From the NCBI GenBank assembly GCA_028356125.1, contig JAOMTZ010000008.1, positions 587 through 64,586 of the forward strand: a stretch of 64,000 nt of DNA. The letters are read 5' to 3'. The translations under genes and the position numbers were made by a program. The notes under the pieces were generated by a model, which was not told where the DNA came from, did not search any database, and saw only the letters and a list, made by a program, of their open reading frames with translations. Of this stretch, positions 26,246 through 34,991 are shown one piece after another. This stretch comes from Candidatus Poseidoniaceae archaeon (GTDB lineage: Archaea > Thermoplasmatota > Poseidoniia > Poseidoniales > Poseidoniaceae). How positions within the stretch are numbered: position 1 is the stretch's first letter; every line of letters starts with the position of its first letter.

Positions 26246-27292
26246 ATGTCTTACGGACCTGGCGACACGGATGTACGAAAAGTGCAGTTGACTGGCGGCT
26301 CAACATACACTCTCAGTTTACCTAAACCGTGGGTCGATGAAATGTCTCTCAGTCCGCGCGATGGTGTGCGTGTAGATTGGCGGCCAAGCGGAGCTCTCCG
26401 TCTGACCCCAATCGATTTGTTGGATAAACAAGAAAAACGAGTCCATATCGATGCAGGAAAGATACCTAACGATTCATTACACGACCATTTAATGGGTGTC
26501 TATTTATCAGGTGCTGATAGAATAAAAGTTAGGTTTCCAGTAGTTAAAGAGCGTACTTATCGTAAAGAAATACGCCGTTTCTTGAGAAACACCAGAGGTT
26601 TTGAAATAATGGATGAATCAGAATCTGGAGCAGAACTAATTTGTCTGATAAGTGCAGCGGAGATGCCCCTTAGCGCTAGCATCAACAGAATGTATCTGCA
26701 GCTATCTTCTCTGGTGAGAGACATAGTTTCTGTCTTGGAAGGAGATGATGTCGAACTTCTAAGCGATGCCGAGGAACGAGAATCAGAAGTAGATGCTCTA
26801 CTGTATTTAGTTGAAAGGCAAGTTTGTGTCGCACTCGACTCACACTTAGTCGCAACTTCTCTAAAAATTGGGCGTAATCAAGCGGTTGAACATTCGAATT
26901 TAGCCCGATCGTTGGAGCGTATGATGGATCATGCATTACAAATGGCATTATTGACAAGGCTAACGCCTAAGGCTGGAATGAAATCTAGTGAACCGCCACT
27001 AAACCAAATCATATTGTGGCAAAAAGCAATCAAGCAACTCATGATTAATATTCGAAAACGAGATTCCTACGAGATTGAAGAGTCGAGGATGTCTCTAAAA
27101 CAGGCGCAAAATGAAATATCGGAATATGAAGAAACACTTCTGGAAAACAGAAAACTATCGGGCGAAGAATTATTTTTCTTCAGAATATCTGAATCCGTAC
27201 GTCGATTATGTGCTTATGCTAGGGACTTTGGCGAAGTACTTCTGAATCTGAAAATGTATGATGAAATGATTGTAGGAAGCACTTCGAACTAG
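26246..27292 (+). CDS. phoU: Phosphate uptake regulator: AbrB/SpoVT-like N-terminal domain plus PhoU repeats
   Basis: VRKVQLTGGSTYTLSLPKPWV is the AbrB-like swapped hairpin typical of archaeal PhoU homologues, followed by helical PhoU-like repeats. The start is ambiguous (26228 TTG, 26237 or 26246 ATG). Confidence 0.85.
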   Translation: MSYGPGDTDVRKVQLTGGSTYTLSLPKPWVDEMSLSPRDGVRVDWRPSGALRLTPIDLLDKQEKRVHIDAGKIPNDSLHDHLMGVYLSGADRIKVRFPVVKERTYRKEIRRFLRNTRGFEIMDESESGAELICLISAAEMPLSASINRMYLQLSSLVRDIVSVLEGDDVELLSDAEERESEVDALLYLVERQVCVALDSHLVATSLKIGRNQAVEHSNLARSLERMMDHALQMALLTRLTPKAGMKSSEPPLNQIILWQKAIKQLMINIRKRDSYEIEESRMSLKQAQNEISEYEETLLENRKLSGEELFFFRISESVRRLCAYARDFGEVLLNLKMYDEMIVGSTSN

Positions 27293-27579
27293 TGTAATCA
27301 ATAACACTTAGTTTGTTAAATAAACCCAAAGACCATTATAGGGCCGGTTCCAAAAGTAAACTGGGGAAGCAACATGGACCGCGAACTAGATACTTGGGTT
27401 GACGAAGTGATGGATAAACAGCAATACCGTAACGGGATTTTTTCCAGCAATGGAATCCTTAAATGGTTTAGAAAACTTACTTTCGGCTCCCAATAACTGA
27501 TTTTTAGTATCTCACTTAGATGGGAAATCCAAACACTATTTGATATACAATAACTTGATGCTGGCATGTAGGTGTCATT

Positions 27580-28299
27580 GTGTTAGATGTGAAGGGGCTA
27601 ACTAAGTCGTTTGGAGCCGGTTCTAATAAATTGCAAGTTCTCAAAGGTATTGAGATGAACCTCAAGAGAGGAGAACTTGTTGCTTTGATGGGACCATCGG
27701 GATGTGGTAAATCTACCCTTCTGAATATCATAGGAGGACTACTTCCTGCGGATTCTGGAGATATCGCCTTGAAAGATCGTAACTACGGTTTGAAGAATCC
27801 TTCAGCTGTAGTTGATGTAAGAAGGACTTTGGTAGGATGGATATTCCAGGACTTCCATCTTCTTGACCATCTCTCTGCTCTTGATAATGTAGCAATGGCA
27901 CTTGAAATATCAGGTGTTTCATCTAAAGATGCTCTCAAGAGAGCAGAGGATGCACTCACTAAGGTGAATCTGAGCGACAGAATGCATCACATTCCAAATC
28001 AATTGTCTGGAGGTCAACAGCAAAGGGTTGCAATTGCACGTGCAATAGCGGGCAATCGACCTTTGCTTCTAGCCGATGAGCCTACTGGCAACCTGGACAT
28101 TGCATCTGGTGCAGAAGTTCTTCAACTGTTCAAGGATTTGTGTCATGATGAAGAAAATCCAATTTCGATACTAATGGTCACTCACGACCCCGACTTGGCT
28201 AGTAAAGCCGACAGAATGTTGTTGATGCGTGATGGATTAGTGGCTGCAAGCGACATACGTTCAGCTTGGGGACTTGATGAGGAAGGTGAAGAAGAATGA
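27580..28299 (+). CDS. ABC transporter ATP-binding protein (MacB/LolD-like), NBD-1
   Basis: Walker A GPSGCGKSTLLN, signature [14 protein letters not shown], Walker B LLLADEPTGNLD. GTG start with AGGTG 5 nt upstream. ATGA overlap with the permease gene. Confidence 0.92.
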   Translation: MLDVKGLTKSFGAGSNKLQVLKGIEMNLKRGELVALMGPSGCGKSTLLNIIGGLLPADSGDIALKDRNYGLKNPSAVVDVRRTLVGWIFQDFHLLDHLSALDNVAMALEISGVSSKDALKRAEDALTKVNLSDRMHHIPNQLSGGQQQRVAIARAIAGNRPLLLADEPTGNLDIASGAEVLQLFKDLCHDEENPISILMVTHDPDLASKADRMLLMRDGLVAASDIRSAWGLDEEGEEE

Positions 28300-31200
28300 G
28301 TCGGACTTCAGCTACGATGAATTATTTTAGGCACGAATTACCTCGTAAAATCCGAGATGCTCCAGATAATTTGCGTCTTGCTACAATTGGGGCCTGGAGG
28401 GGAAGAGAGCGTGGAATGGCTGTTTTCGCAGGTGTATTTCTTGCAAGCCTGGTAATAACAACAGTTCTGTCCTATGGTGTTGGACTTTCACAAGTTTTCT
28501 TCGAAGAATCACTTGAGAACAATATCTTTGATGCTAAAGTTGAGTTCGACAAACCCCCCGCCGAAGGAACTGACGGTTGGACTAACAATACTACTACCTT
28601 AATCGAAGTCTGTGATGAATTCACTGATATGGAAGAATTTTCAGATTGTACAGTAGTGTATGGCAAAAAAGGAATCCATGGCCAATTTACCTTTGGTAAT
28701 GAGGATGTTTGGATGGCACTTCCGCTAGGTGTGAAAGATATCAATTCGTCAGACCAATTAAGAACTTGGGGGGCTAAAGATATCTGGGATTACGAATACA
28801 ATAACGGTCCACCGATTTCCGATGAAAGAGCGATTAGTTTCCTTGGCCCGGGTGCATTTGACGGAGTTCTTGCCGATAGACTATCTGAGAACATAATCTA
28901 TGAGAGGGGTAGCTGGGCTTCCCCAGAGGATGTCGAGTCAAAGCGCGGAGTTTACATTCCATCAGACGTGGCAAGTAAAGCCGGTGCTGAGGCTGGAGAT
29001 TTCCTCGAAAGGTTAGAATTTGCCTACACAGTAGAATCTGCTCTAGATATTGATTCTGAAGACTGTGAAGGGGAGATATACAACTCCAGAGAAGTTGAAC
29101 ATTGCCAGGTTATCATGGTAGTTGAGAACTTGACAATTCTTGGGATTTATGATCCATGGCCTCAAGGAAACCCAACATTAGCGGCGAACCCAGTATATGC
29201 TACTTGGAGTGTACTGAATGAAACTCAAAGAACTACTTTAGTGGATTATGACCACTTTTATTTCGGGCTAACTTTAGAGCGTTCTTTACTACCAACAACC
29301 TCCACAGCAGATGCTTCTGATTGGTTGGAAGATTTGAGCATGAAAGTCCAAGATAAAGAATTTGCAGATGGAGAAGTTGAAATTTACTATGTAGACATCG
29401 TAGGGGGAACAATCGATTTCTTAGAAATATTCCTTGGACTGATTCAGGCATTTGATTATGTCATCATGGTACCAATTGTGGTACTATCACTTTCCGTACT
29501 GATCTATGGACTTATTTTATCACTAGAACAACGAAGACGTGAAATTTCTATTCATCGCGTCATAGGAGCCACAGCCAAAGATTTGAGAGGAATGGTTCTT
29601 CTTGAATTGGCCGTAGTATCATTCGTTGCGTGGGTGGCGGGTTACCTACTTGCTATGGCGGCAGTTCCAGTCGTACTGGCTAGTGTTGGATTCATGAAAT
29701 TCGAAGCCTTAGGTTTCAATGTAGACCCCGCTTTGAGTTTCGGCGCGACACTGTTCACGGCAATCACCACACTCGGTCTTGCTCTCTTGTTCGGTAGGGC
29801 TCGTACTCGTGACTTTATGGAATTAGAAATCGATGAGGGAGTTAGCCGTGTTCAAAAAGTAGCCAAGCCAAAGGTGTGGCTACACTGGACATTATTCTTG
29901 GTAGGTTCACTTGGAGCAATCGATACTTATCTTGAGATGAACGGTAGCGAAGACGGAATTCTGACAAACTGGTTTGTTGAAGGTTTGATCAATGTGTTTG
30001 GACCGTTCATGCTATGGATTGGTGGAGCGCTATTACTAGGTAAAATTGGAGCAGCAGGGCCTAGAATAATGCAGTTCTTCTTTAGCAGAACTCCTCTTCT
30101 TTCCGACGTTAAGAGAGGATTGAAGGGCAGTGGTTCTACTGAATCTGTTAACCGATTGGCAGTAATCATGCTTCTCACGCTATCTATTGTTACACTGGCT
30201 GCAGTTCAGGGTTACACTGGAACGCAAGTGGACGAGGTAACTGCAGATTTGCAGGTGGGTAGTGATTTACAAGTTGTGACAAATGAAAACTATTCTGCAA
30301 CTGAAATCGAATCTATGATTCAAGAAATTAGTGATAATGAAGTTACAGCGTTAGCAGTGACAGTTCCTACAATTTCATTGATACCTAATGGGGGAGAAGC
30401 TCTCACTGCATATGTAATACTTGATGAAGGAGAAGATGTACTAAGATGGTTCCCTCAAGCAATTCCTGGAGATGATACTTCAGCAGCATTAGATGCTTAC
30501 AGGGAAGGTGGCTTCTCAGCAGGAGAAGATGCAGCATATGCAATGGATCTGTGGGGTTCAGGAAGAAAAGGTGGAGACGATTATGGAGACATTTTGCTGT
30601 CTGAGAGCAGTAGCAATACAGAAGATGTTGAATTCATTTGGGAAGAAAAGTCGTATAATTTCTCAACCCAATCTGTAGATGTAGCGGAATCCAATACAAC
30701 CCTCAGATACATCGGAGTGCACGAATTCGTACCAGGAGTACCTGAGGATTTGATGTCTACTAGCGTTGTAATCGGGGAATCTGGATACAGAGAACTTGTC
30801 GGCGACAACAGAGTCGATAACTTGTTCTCAAACAACTGGATTGTCAAAGTAGATGGTGTTGAAGGAGAAGATCTAACCGCTTTGAAGAATAACATTGAAG
30901 CTGATGAAAGGTTCAACAGCACAATCGATTGGGAGACTGCCCATGATGCAGTTGAGCGTAATGGTGGACTAATCTTTGGTACACCGGGATTACTTTCGCT
31001 ACAATTCATTGTAGCAAGCGTTGCAGCAGTAGCATCTGCGTTCGTATTCCTGTCTCTAGTTCTAAATCAAAGACAGAAGGAATTAGCAGTCTTACAAGCA
31101 ATTGGAGCAAGCCCTAACCAAATCATCAGACTAGTATTATTCGAGATTCTTTCAATTGTCATTGTATCGATGGCACTAGGTATCCTACTTGGAATGGGAC

Positions 31201-31418
31201 TTGCATTATCATTCAATGGCCTGTTTAACGTGTTTGGATTTATATTCCAAATATTAGGTTCTGATACGACTTCTGCGATAGATCGGCAATTGGTTTGGCC
31301 ATGGTTCGAATTAGCATTAGTCGCTCTGGCGGTGTTTGCAGCAGTGGTTACTGCGCTATTAGTGACTACGAGGAAGGCGTTGAAGTCAGACCTTGCTAGC
31401 GTATTGAAGGGGGAGTGA
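28296..31418 (+). CDS. Fused double-FtsX ABC permease (1040 aa) with large extracytoplasmic domains
   Basis: Two FtsX/MacB-type modules (SLEQRRREISIHRVIGATAKDLRGMVLLE and LNQRQKELAVLQAIGASPNQIIRLVLFE). Each follows a long non-hydrophobic loop. Confidence 0.88.
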   Translation: MSRTSATMNYFRHELPRKIRDAPDNLRLATIGAWRGRERGMAVFAGVFLASLVITTVLSYGVGLSQVFFEESLENNIFDAKVEFDKPPAEGTDGWTNNTTTLIEVCDEFTDMEEFSDCTVVYGKKGIHGQFTFGNEDVWMALPLGVKDINSSDQLRTWGAKDIWDYEYNNGPPISDERAISFLGPGAFDGVLADRLSENIIYERGSWASPEDVESKRGVYIPSDVASKAGAEAGDFLERLEFAYTVESALDIDSEDCEGEIYNSREVEHCQVIMVVENLTILGIYDPWPQGNPTLAANPVYATWSVLNETQRTTLVDYDHFYFGLTLERSLLPTTSTADASDWLEDLSMKVQDKEFADGEVEIYYVDIVGGTIDFLEIFLGLIQAFDYVIMVPIVVLSLSVLIYGLILSLEQRRREISIHRVIGATAKDLRGMVLLELAVVSFVAWVAGYLLAMAAVPVVLASVGFMKFEALGFNVDPALSFGATLFTAITTLGLALLFGRARTRDFMELEIDEGVSRVQKVAKPKVWLHWTLFLVGSLGAIDTYLEMNGSEDGILTNWFVEGLINVFGPFMLWIGGALLLGKIGAAGPRIMQFFFSRTPLLSDVKRGLKGSGSTESVNRLAVIMLLTLSIVTLAAVQGYTGTQVDEVTADLQVGSDLQVVTNENYSATEIESMIQEISDNEVTALAVTVPTISLIPNGGEALTAYVILDEGEDVLRWFPQAIPGDDTSAALDAYREGGFSAGEDAAYAMDLWGSGRKGGDDYGDILLSESSSNTEDVEFIWEEKSYNFSTQSVDVAESNTTLRYIGVHEFVPGVPEDLMSTSVVIGESGYRELVGDNRVDNLFSNNWIVKVDGVEGEDLTALKNNIEADERFNSTIDWETAHDAVERNGGLIFGTPGLLSLQFIVASVAAVASAFVFLSLVLNQRQKELAVLQAIGASPNQIIRLVLFEILSIVIVSMALGILLGMGLALSFNGLFNVFGFIFQILGSDTTSAIDRQLVWPWFELALVALAVFAAVVTALLVTTRKALKSDLASVLKGE

Positions 31419-31420
31419 AA

Positions 31421-32401
31421 ATGTCTGATAAACCAACAATTCTGGAAGCAGATTCATTGTACCATGTCTACGAATCTAAGGCCGAAGACGGTAACGTTGT
31501 AGCACTTAGAGGATTACATGTAAGCGTCAAAGAAGGTGAAGCTGTAGCGGTAGTAGGACCTTCAGGTTCTGGAAAATCCACTCTACTGAAGTGCCTTGGT
31601 GGATTGATGAAGCCGAGCGCAGGTAAAGTCGAATTAGATAGCAAGAATATGACCCGGTTGACAGGTAAGGAACTAGTTCAACTCCGACAGGATACGGTAT
31701 CATTTATTTTCCAAGAAGGAAACCTATTGCCGCATTTGTCAGCATTAGACAATGTAGCGCAACCTCTTCGCCATCAGAAAGTTTCACCTAAAGAAGCGAA
31801 AAGAAGAGCATTAGAATTGATGACGGATCTCGGAATAGAACATCGTGCGAAAGGATTGCCATCAATGCTTTCAGGTGGAGAACAGCAACGAGTTGCTATC
31901 GCTCGAGCATTGATCACCAATCCTCGTTTAATTCTAGCAGATGAGCCAACAGGTGCACTCGATCCAATAACCAGTCGTGAAGTGCTGAAGTTGTTCAAGG
32001 ATTTACACGACAATCAAAATGTTGCGTTCTTACTAGTTACTCACTCAAAAGAAGTTGCAGCGTTTGCAGATAGGTCTTTGGAATTGAGAGATGGAAGGTT
32101 CGTAGCCGAACACGGTACGGACTTGGATATCGAGAACCTATCTAAGGGTAGGGAATTGATTGTTGACGAAATGGGAACAGTGACTTTACCTCCTGATATC
32201 TTGACACAGATGGGAGGCCCAGGTCGCTATTCAGTCGGAGAATTGGAAAGTGGAAAACTATCTCTTGTTGGAGAAAGGATTTCCTCTGTAGGCGAACTTG
32301 TTCTAGCGTCATCTTGCCCAGCATGTAATCATGATTACGCTGACACCGACGACCAATTATGTCCATCTTGTGGTTCAAGTAGGCCTATGGTGGAGGCTTA
32401 A
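31421..32401 (+). CDS. ABC transporter ATP-binding protein, NBD-2, with a ~100-aa C-terminal extension ending in a zinc ribbon
   Basis: Walker [13 protein letters not shown], signature [14 protein letters not shown], Walker [13 protein letters not shown]-terminal [24 protein letters not shown] 31421 lies 5 nt after GAAGGGGGAG; the track start is GTG 31415. Confidence 0.9.
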   Translation: MSDKPTILEADSLYHVYESKAEDGNVVALRGLHVSVKEGEAVAVVGPSGSGKSTLLKCLGGLMKPSAGKVELDSKNMTRLTGKELVQLRQDTVSFIFQEGNLLPHLSALDNVAQPLRHQKVSPKEAKRRALELMTDLGIEHRAKGLPSMLSGGEQQRVAIARALITNPRLILADEPTGALDPITSREVLKLFKDLHDNQNVAFLLVTHSKEVAAFADRSLELRDGRFVAEHGTDLDIENLSKGRELIVDEMGTVTLPPDILTQMGGPGRYSVGELESGKLSLVGERISSVGELVLASSCPACNHDYADTDDQLCPSCGSSRPMVEA

Positions 32402-32403
32402 TT

Positions 32404-32694
32404 TTGAGTTTCTTTAGAGTATCTGGAATCCTAGAAACTATTTCCACCATTTCTTTGTTTTTCATCGCTATGCCGTTGAAATACATTGGCGGGAATGAAA
32501 TTTTGGTGAAAATAATCGGACCCATTCATGGTGGATTATTCATTCTATACATCGTTCTAGTTTGGTGGGAACAGCGGCAGGGTCGAATGGATATGAATAC
32601 TGCAATCAAGGGAATGATTGCAGCAATTCCACCAGGCGGGCCAATTTGGTTTGAAAGAAAACTTGCCCGTAAAGAAGCCGAACCCTCAATTTGA
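32404..32694 (+). CDS. Small membrane protein, DUF3817-like
   Basis: IAMPLKYIGG...GPIHGGLFILYIV matches my recollection of the DUF3817 signature. TTG start 2 nt after the NBD-2 stop. Confidence 0.7.
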   Translation: MSFFRVSGILETISTISLFFIAMPLKYIGGNEILVKIIGPIHGGLFILYIVLVWWEQRQGRMDMNTAIKGMIAAIPPGGPIWFERKLARKEAEPSI

Positions 32695-32747
32695 ATCCGT
32701 TCAATATAGGCGGTAAGACAAACTAATGGGTCCCCTTATCGGGAGTT

Positions 32748-34640
32748 ATGTCCAATGTATGGGTCGTAGACTCAAATTGCTTCATTCATGTTGGTTCAAT
32801 GGCTCCAGACAACTTTCTGAAAGACCTTTCAGGAATATTGGAATCAGGGGACTCTGCTCTCTATGTTACGCCAGGGGTACATGACGAAGTCAGAACAGTA
32901 CGTTTCCAAAGATGGGCCGGTCAACCGAACCTATTGGAAAAGTTCAGAGATATTTTGATCACAGTAACTATTGATGAAGCAGAGGTAAAAGCTCTCGCTC
33001 AGCACATTGGGGAAAAAGCATCACCTCAAGATGTAGATTTATCATTAATGATTCTAGGCTCAAAATTAGCGCATGAAGGCAAGAAAGTAACTCTTGTATC
33101 TGATGATTATAAGATGACAACAACTGGTGAAAAGGCAAATTTAAATTTTGAAACATGCCCTCCATCTACCTTTTTACAACGGTTGGCAGACTTAGGTAAC
33201 AGTGGTCAAAGGTCAAGATTGCGTAGTTTATCCCGAAGGGTACGGGCTGCTGAAATGCGTTACGCTATCAGTAGGGCAGGGCAATATGACATTCAAGCAA
33301 AATTGACTTGGATGGTAGACTCATTACTCTCATCTCGTGTTGCTCTGTCAGAAGATGCGGAGGATGTAACATCTTCAGATGAGAGTAAATTGATTTCAGC
33401 TCTTAACCGTTCAATAAGGGGAGAGAAAGTCAAGAACTCAATGCTCAACCAATTAGGTCCATTACCCGATATCTGCGCTCCAGTGATTCGATTAGATGAA
33501 CACCTTTCTTCAATGACTTCGGGAGAAACTTCTGATGATATCAATCAGGCATATGATTCATCAGTTGAATTACTAAGTGAAATTTTGGAGATGACAGGGA
33601 ATGGTTTGGCTCCCCTAGGAGAAGAGATGGCAGAACTTGCACACAGGGCAATGGCAGGCCATCTATACCGAATGGAATCAGCATTAGGAATGCTATCGAA
33701 GATGTCAGGTAATTTGCGTGTATCGCGATTACACTTATCCCGCGCATTATTCAATGCAACACTCGTAGATGATATGGGTGCTGAAATGAGGGCTATGCAT
33801 CAATTGGGATTACTTGCACTCGCAGCCAATAATTGGCATCGTGCAGCAATGCTTTTCGAGACAGCGGATAGGCAAAGCCAGGTCATCGGAGTTAGCCGGC
33901 TTGGACATTTAGTCCTAGCCGGAATCTCACGCCATCTATCTGGCGATGAAGATCTTGCTAAATCCCATTTAGATGCTGCAAACGATATTGTAAGCGAAGA
34001 CCAAGTCGAAGCGATTTCAGTTCTTACTAACATCGGAAACTCACTCTTAGCAATTGATTGCCCAGGATTAGCAATCGAGATTCTTGACGAAGCAATGGAG
34101 TGCGCTATTGAATCAGGTCAACACGATAAATTGGATATGCTTGCAGAGACATTACTACTAGCAAACACAGCATTGAATGACAAAGACATTCCCCAATATG
34201 AGGGCCTCAGACAATTACTCGATGGTCTAAATCATATCTCAAAAGAAGCATCTGAAGAGTTTGCTGCTAAGATTTCAGATATCGATCAACGTGCTTCTGA
34301 ATTATCTAAGCCTCTTGATGAGACTTGGAGTGAATGGCAGGATGCATCAAGGCTGATTCCATCAGGATCACCTCTAATTGTATTGCGAGTAGATGTAGAT
34401 GAAGCAGGTCGTAACCTGATAATTTCTCACCACTCTGAAATTGGAGCAATCGGTTTATGGCTTCCGGAAGGTGGTGTAATTGCAGCTCCGGGCAACTCTA
34501 TTATGGTCCATGACAGTCGAATAAAGGTCGCAGCACCAACTGATGAGTTACGTGAAACTCACAATATTAGAGGTGTAGTGGCTGTTGAAGACTCATCAGC
34601 GCTCACATTCACTGCGAGTACCGAAGATATAATGGAATAA
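32748..34640 (+). CDS. PIN-like (Nob1/Fcf1-type) N-terminal domain fused to a large helical-repeat (TPR-like) region and a beta-rich C-terminal domain
   Basis: Acidic residues are arranged as in PIN domains: VWVVDSNCFI, GVHDEV, DVDLSLMILG, VTLVSDDYKM. Residues ~330-480 are helical and Ala/Leu-rich. There is no zinc ribbon. Confidence 0.7.
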   Translation: MSNVWVVDSNCFIHVGSMAPDNFLKDLSGILESGDSALYVTPGVHDEVRTVRFQRWAGQPNLLEKFRDILITVTIDEAEVKALAQHIGEKASPQDVDLSLMILGSKLAHEGKKVTLVSDDYKMTTTGEKANLNFETCPPSTFLQRLADLGNSGQRSRLRSLSRRVRAAEMRYAISRAGQYDIQAKLTWMVDSLLSSRVALSEDAEDVTSSDESKLISALNRSIRGEKVKNSMLNQLGPLPDICAPVIRLDEHLSSMTSGETSDDINQAYDSSVELLSEILEMTGNGLAPLGEEMAELAHRAMAGHLYRMESALGMLSKMSGNLRVSRLHLSRALFNATLVDDMGAEMRAMHQLGLLALAANNWHRAAMLFETADRQSQVIGVSRLGHLVLAGISRHLSGDEDLAKSHLDAANDIVSEDQVEAISVLTNIGNSLLAIDCPGLAIEILDEAMECAIESGQHDKLDMLAETLLLANTALNDKDIPQYEGLRQLLDGLNHISKEASEEFAAKISDIDQRASELSKPLDETWSEWQDASRLIPSGSPLIVLRVDVDEAGRNLIISHHSEIGAIGLWLPEGGVIAAPGNSIMVHDSRIKVAAPTDELRETHNIRGVVAVEDSSALTFTASTEDIME

Positions 34641-34865
34641 TTATTCGGGGTTTTGTGTTTGATTTTGTTCCTGGAATGAAGTTGGACATGTTCGCACGCC
34701 GAATACCTTGTAGAAAGGGCACCATCCAAATACGGATGTTGTAACACTCCATGCGCCAAATAATAGGAATATGATTTCCCAACTGGCGTTTGCAAGGTAG
34801 TCGAAGAAAACTAAACCTAGCCCAGCAAGTAATCTAACAACCCTATCAAAAAAACCTATATTCAT
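34641..34865 (-). CDS. Small membrane protein, DUF2892 (YgaP C-terminal-like)
   Basis: FDRVVRLLAGLGLVFF...FGWCPFYKVFGVRTC matches the DUF2892 pattern. ATG 34865 is preferred over TTG 34889. Confidence 0.7.
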   Translation of the reverse strand: MNIGFFDRVVRLLAGLGLVFFDYLANASWEIIFLLFGAWSVTTSVFGWCPFYKVFGVRTCPTSFQEQNQTQNPE

Positions 34866-34937
34866 TTCGATTGCCTTTCCTATGGGCAATGTCCATAATC
34901 TTCCCTTATGAAGGGTTGTTATTCTCTTTAGGCGTAT

Positions 34938-34991
34938 GCTCTGAATTGAATCAGAACATGATTATAAATATCAATTGATAAATTTCAGAGC
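34938..34991 (+). promoter_or_regulatory. 8-bp inverted repeat GCTCTGAA...TTCAGAGC bracketing a TATA-like box (ATTATAAATA, 34961-34970) just upstream of the SDR gene
   Basis: Read directly: 34938-34945 gctctgaa, 34984-34991 ttcagagc (exact reverse complement), with an inner TCTGA-N6-TCAGA at 34940-34955. Confidence 0.3.

Noticed and set aside
27400-27500. A possible C/D-box sRNA (GTGATGG ... CTGA) in the 287-bp gap
   Set aside because: The C box is imperfect, the box spacing is ~90 nt (too long), and there are no C'/D' boxes.
27316-27731. Minus-strand ORFs 27316-27567 and 27516-27731 near the ABC operon start
   Set aside because: The second is the familiar antisense shadow of an ABC ATPase Walker A region. 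The first lies in the long intergenic gap and has no features supporting it over the plus-strand 40-aa candidate.
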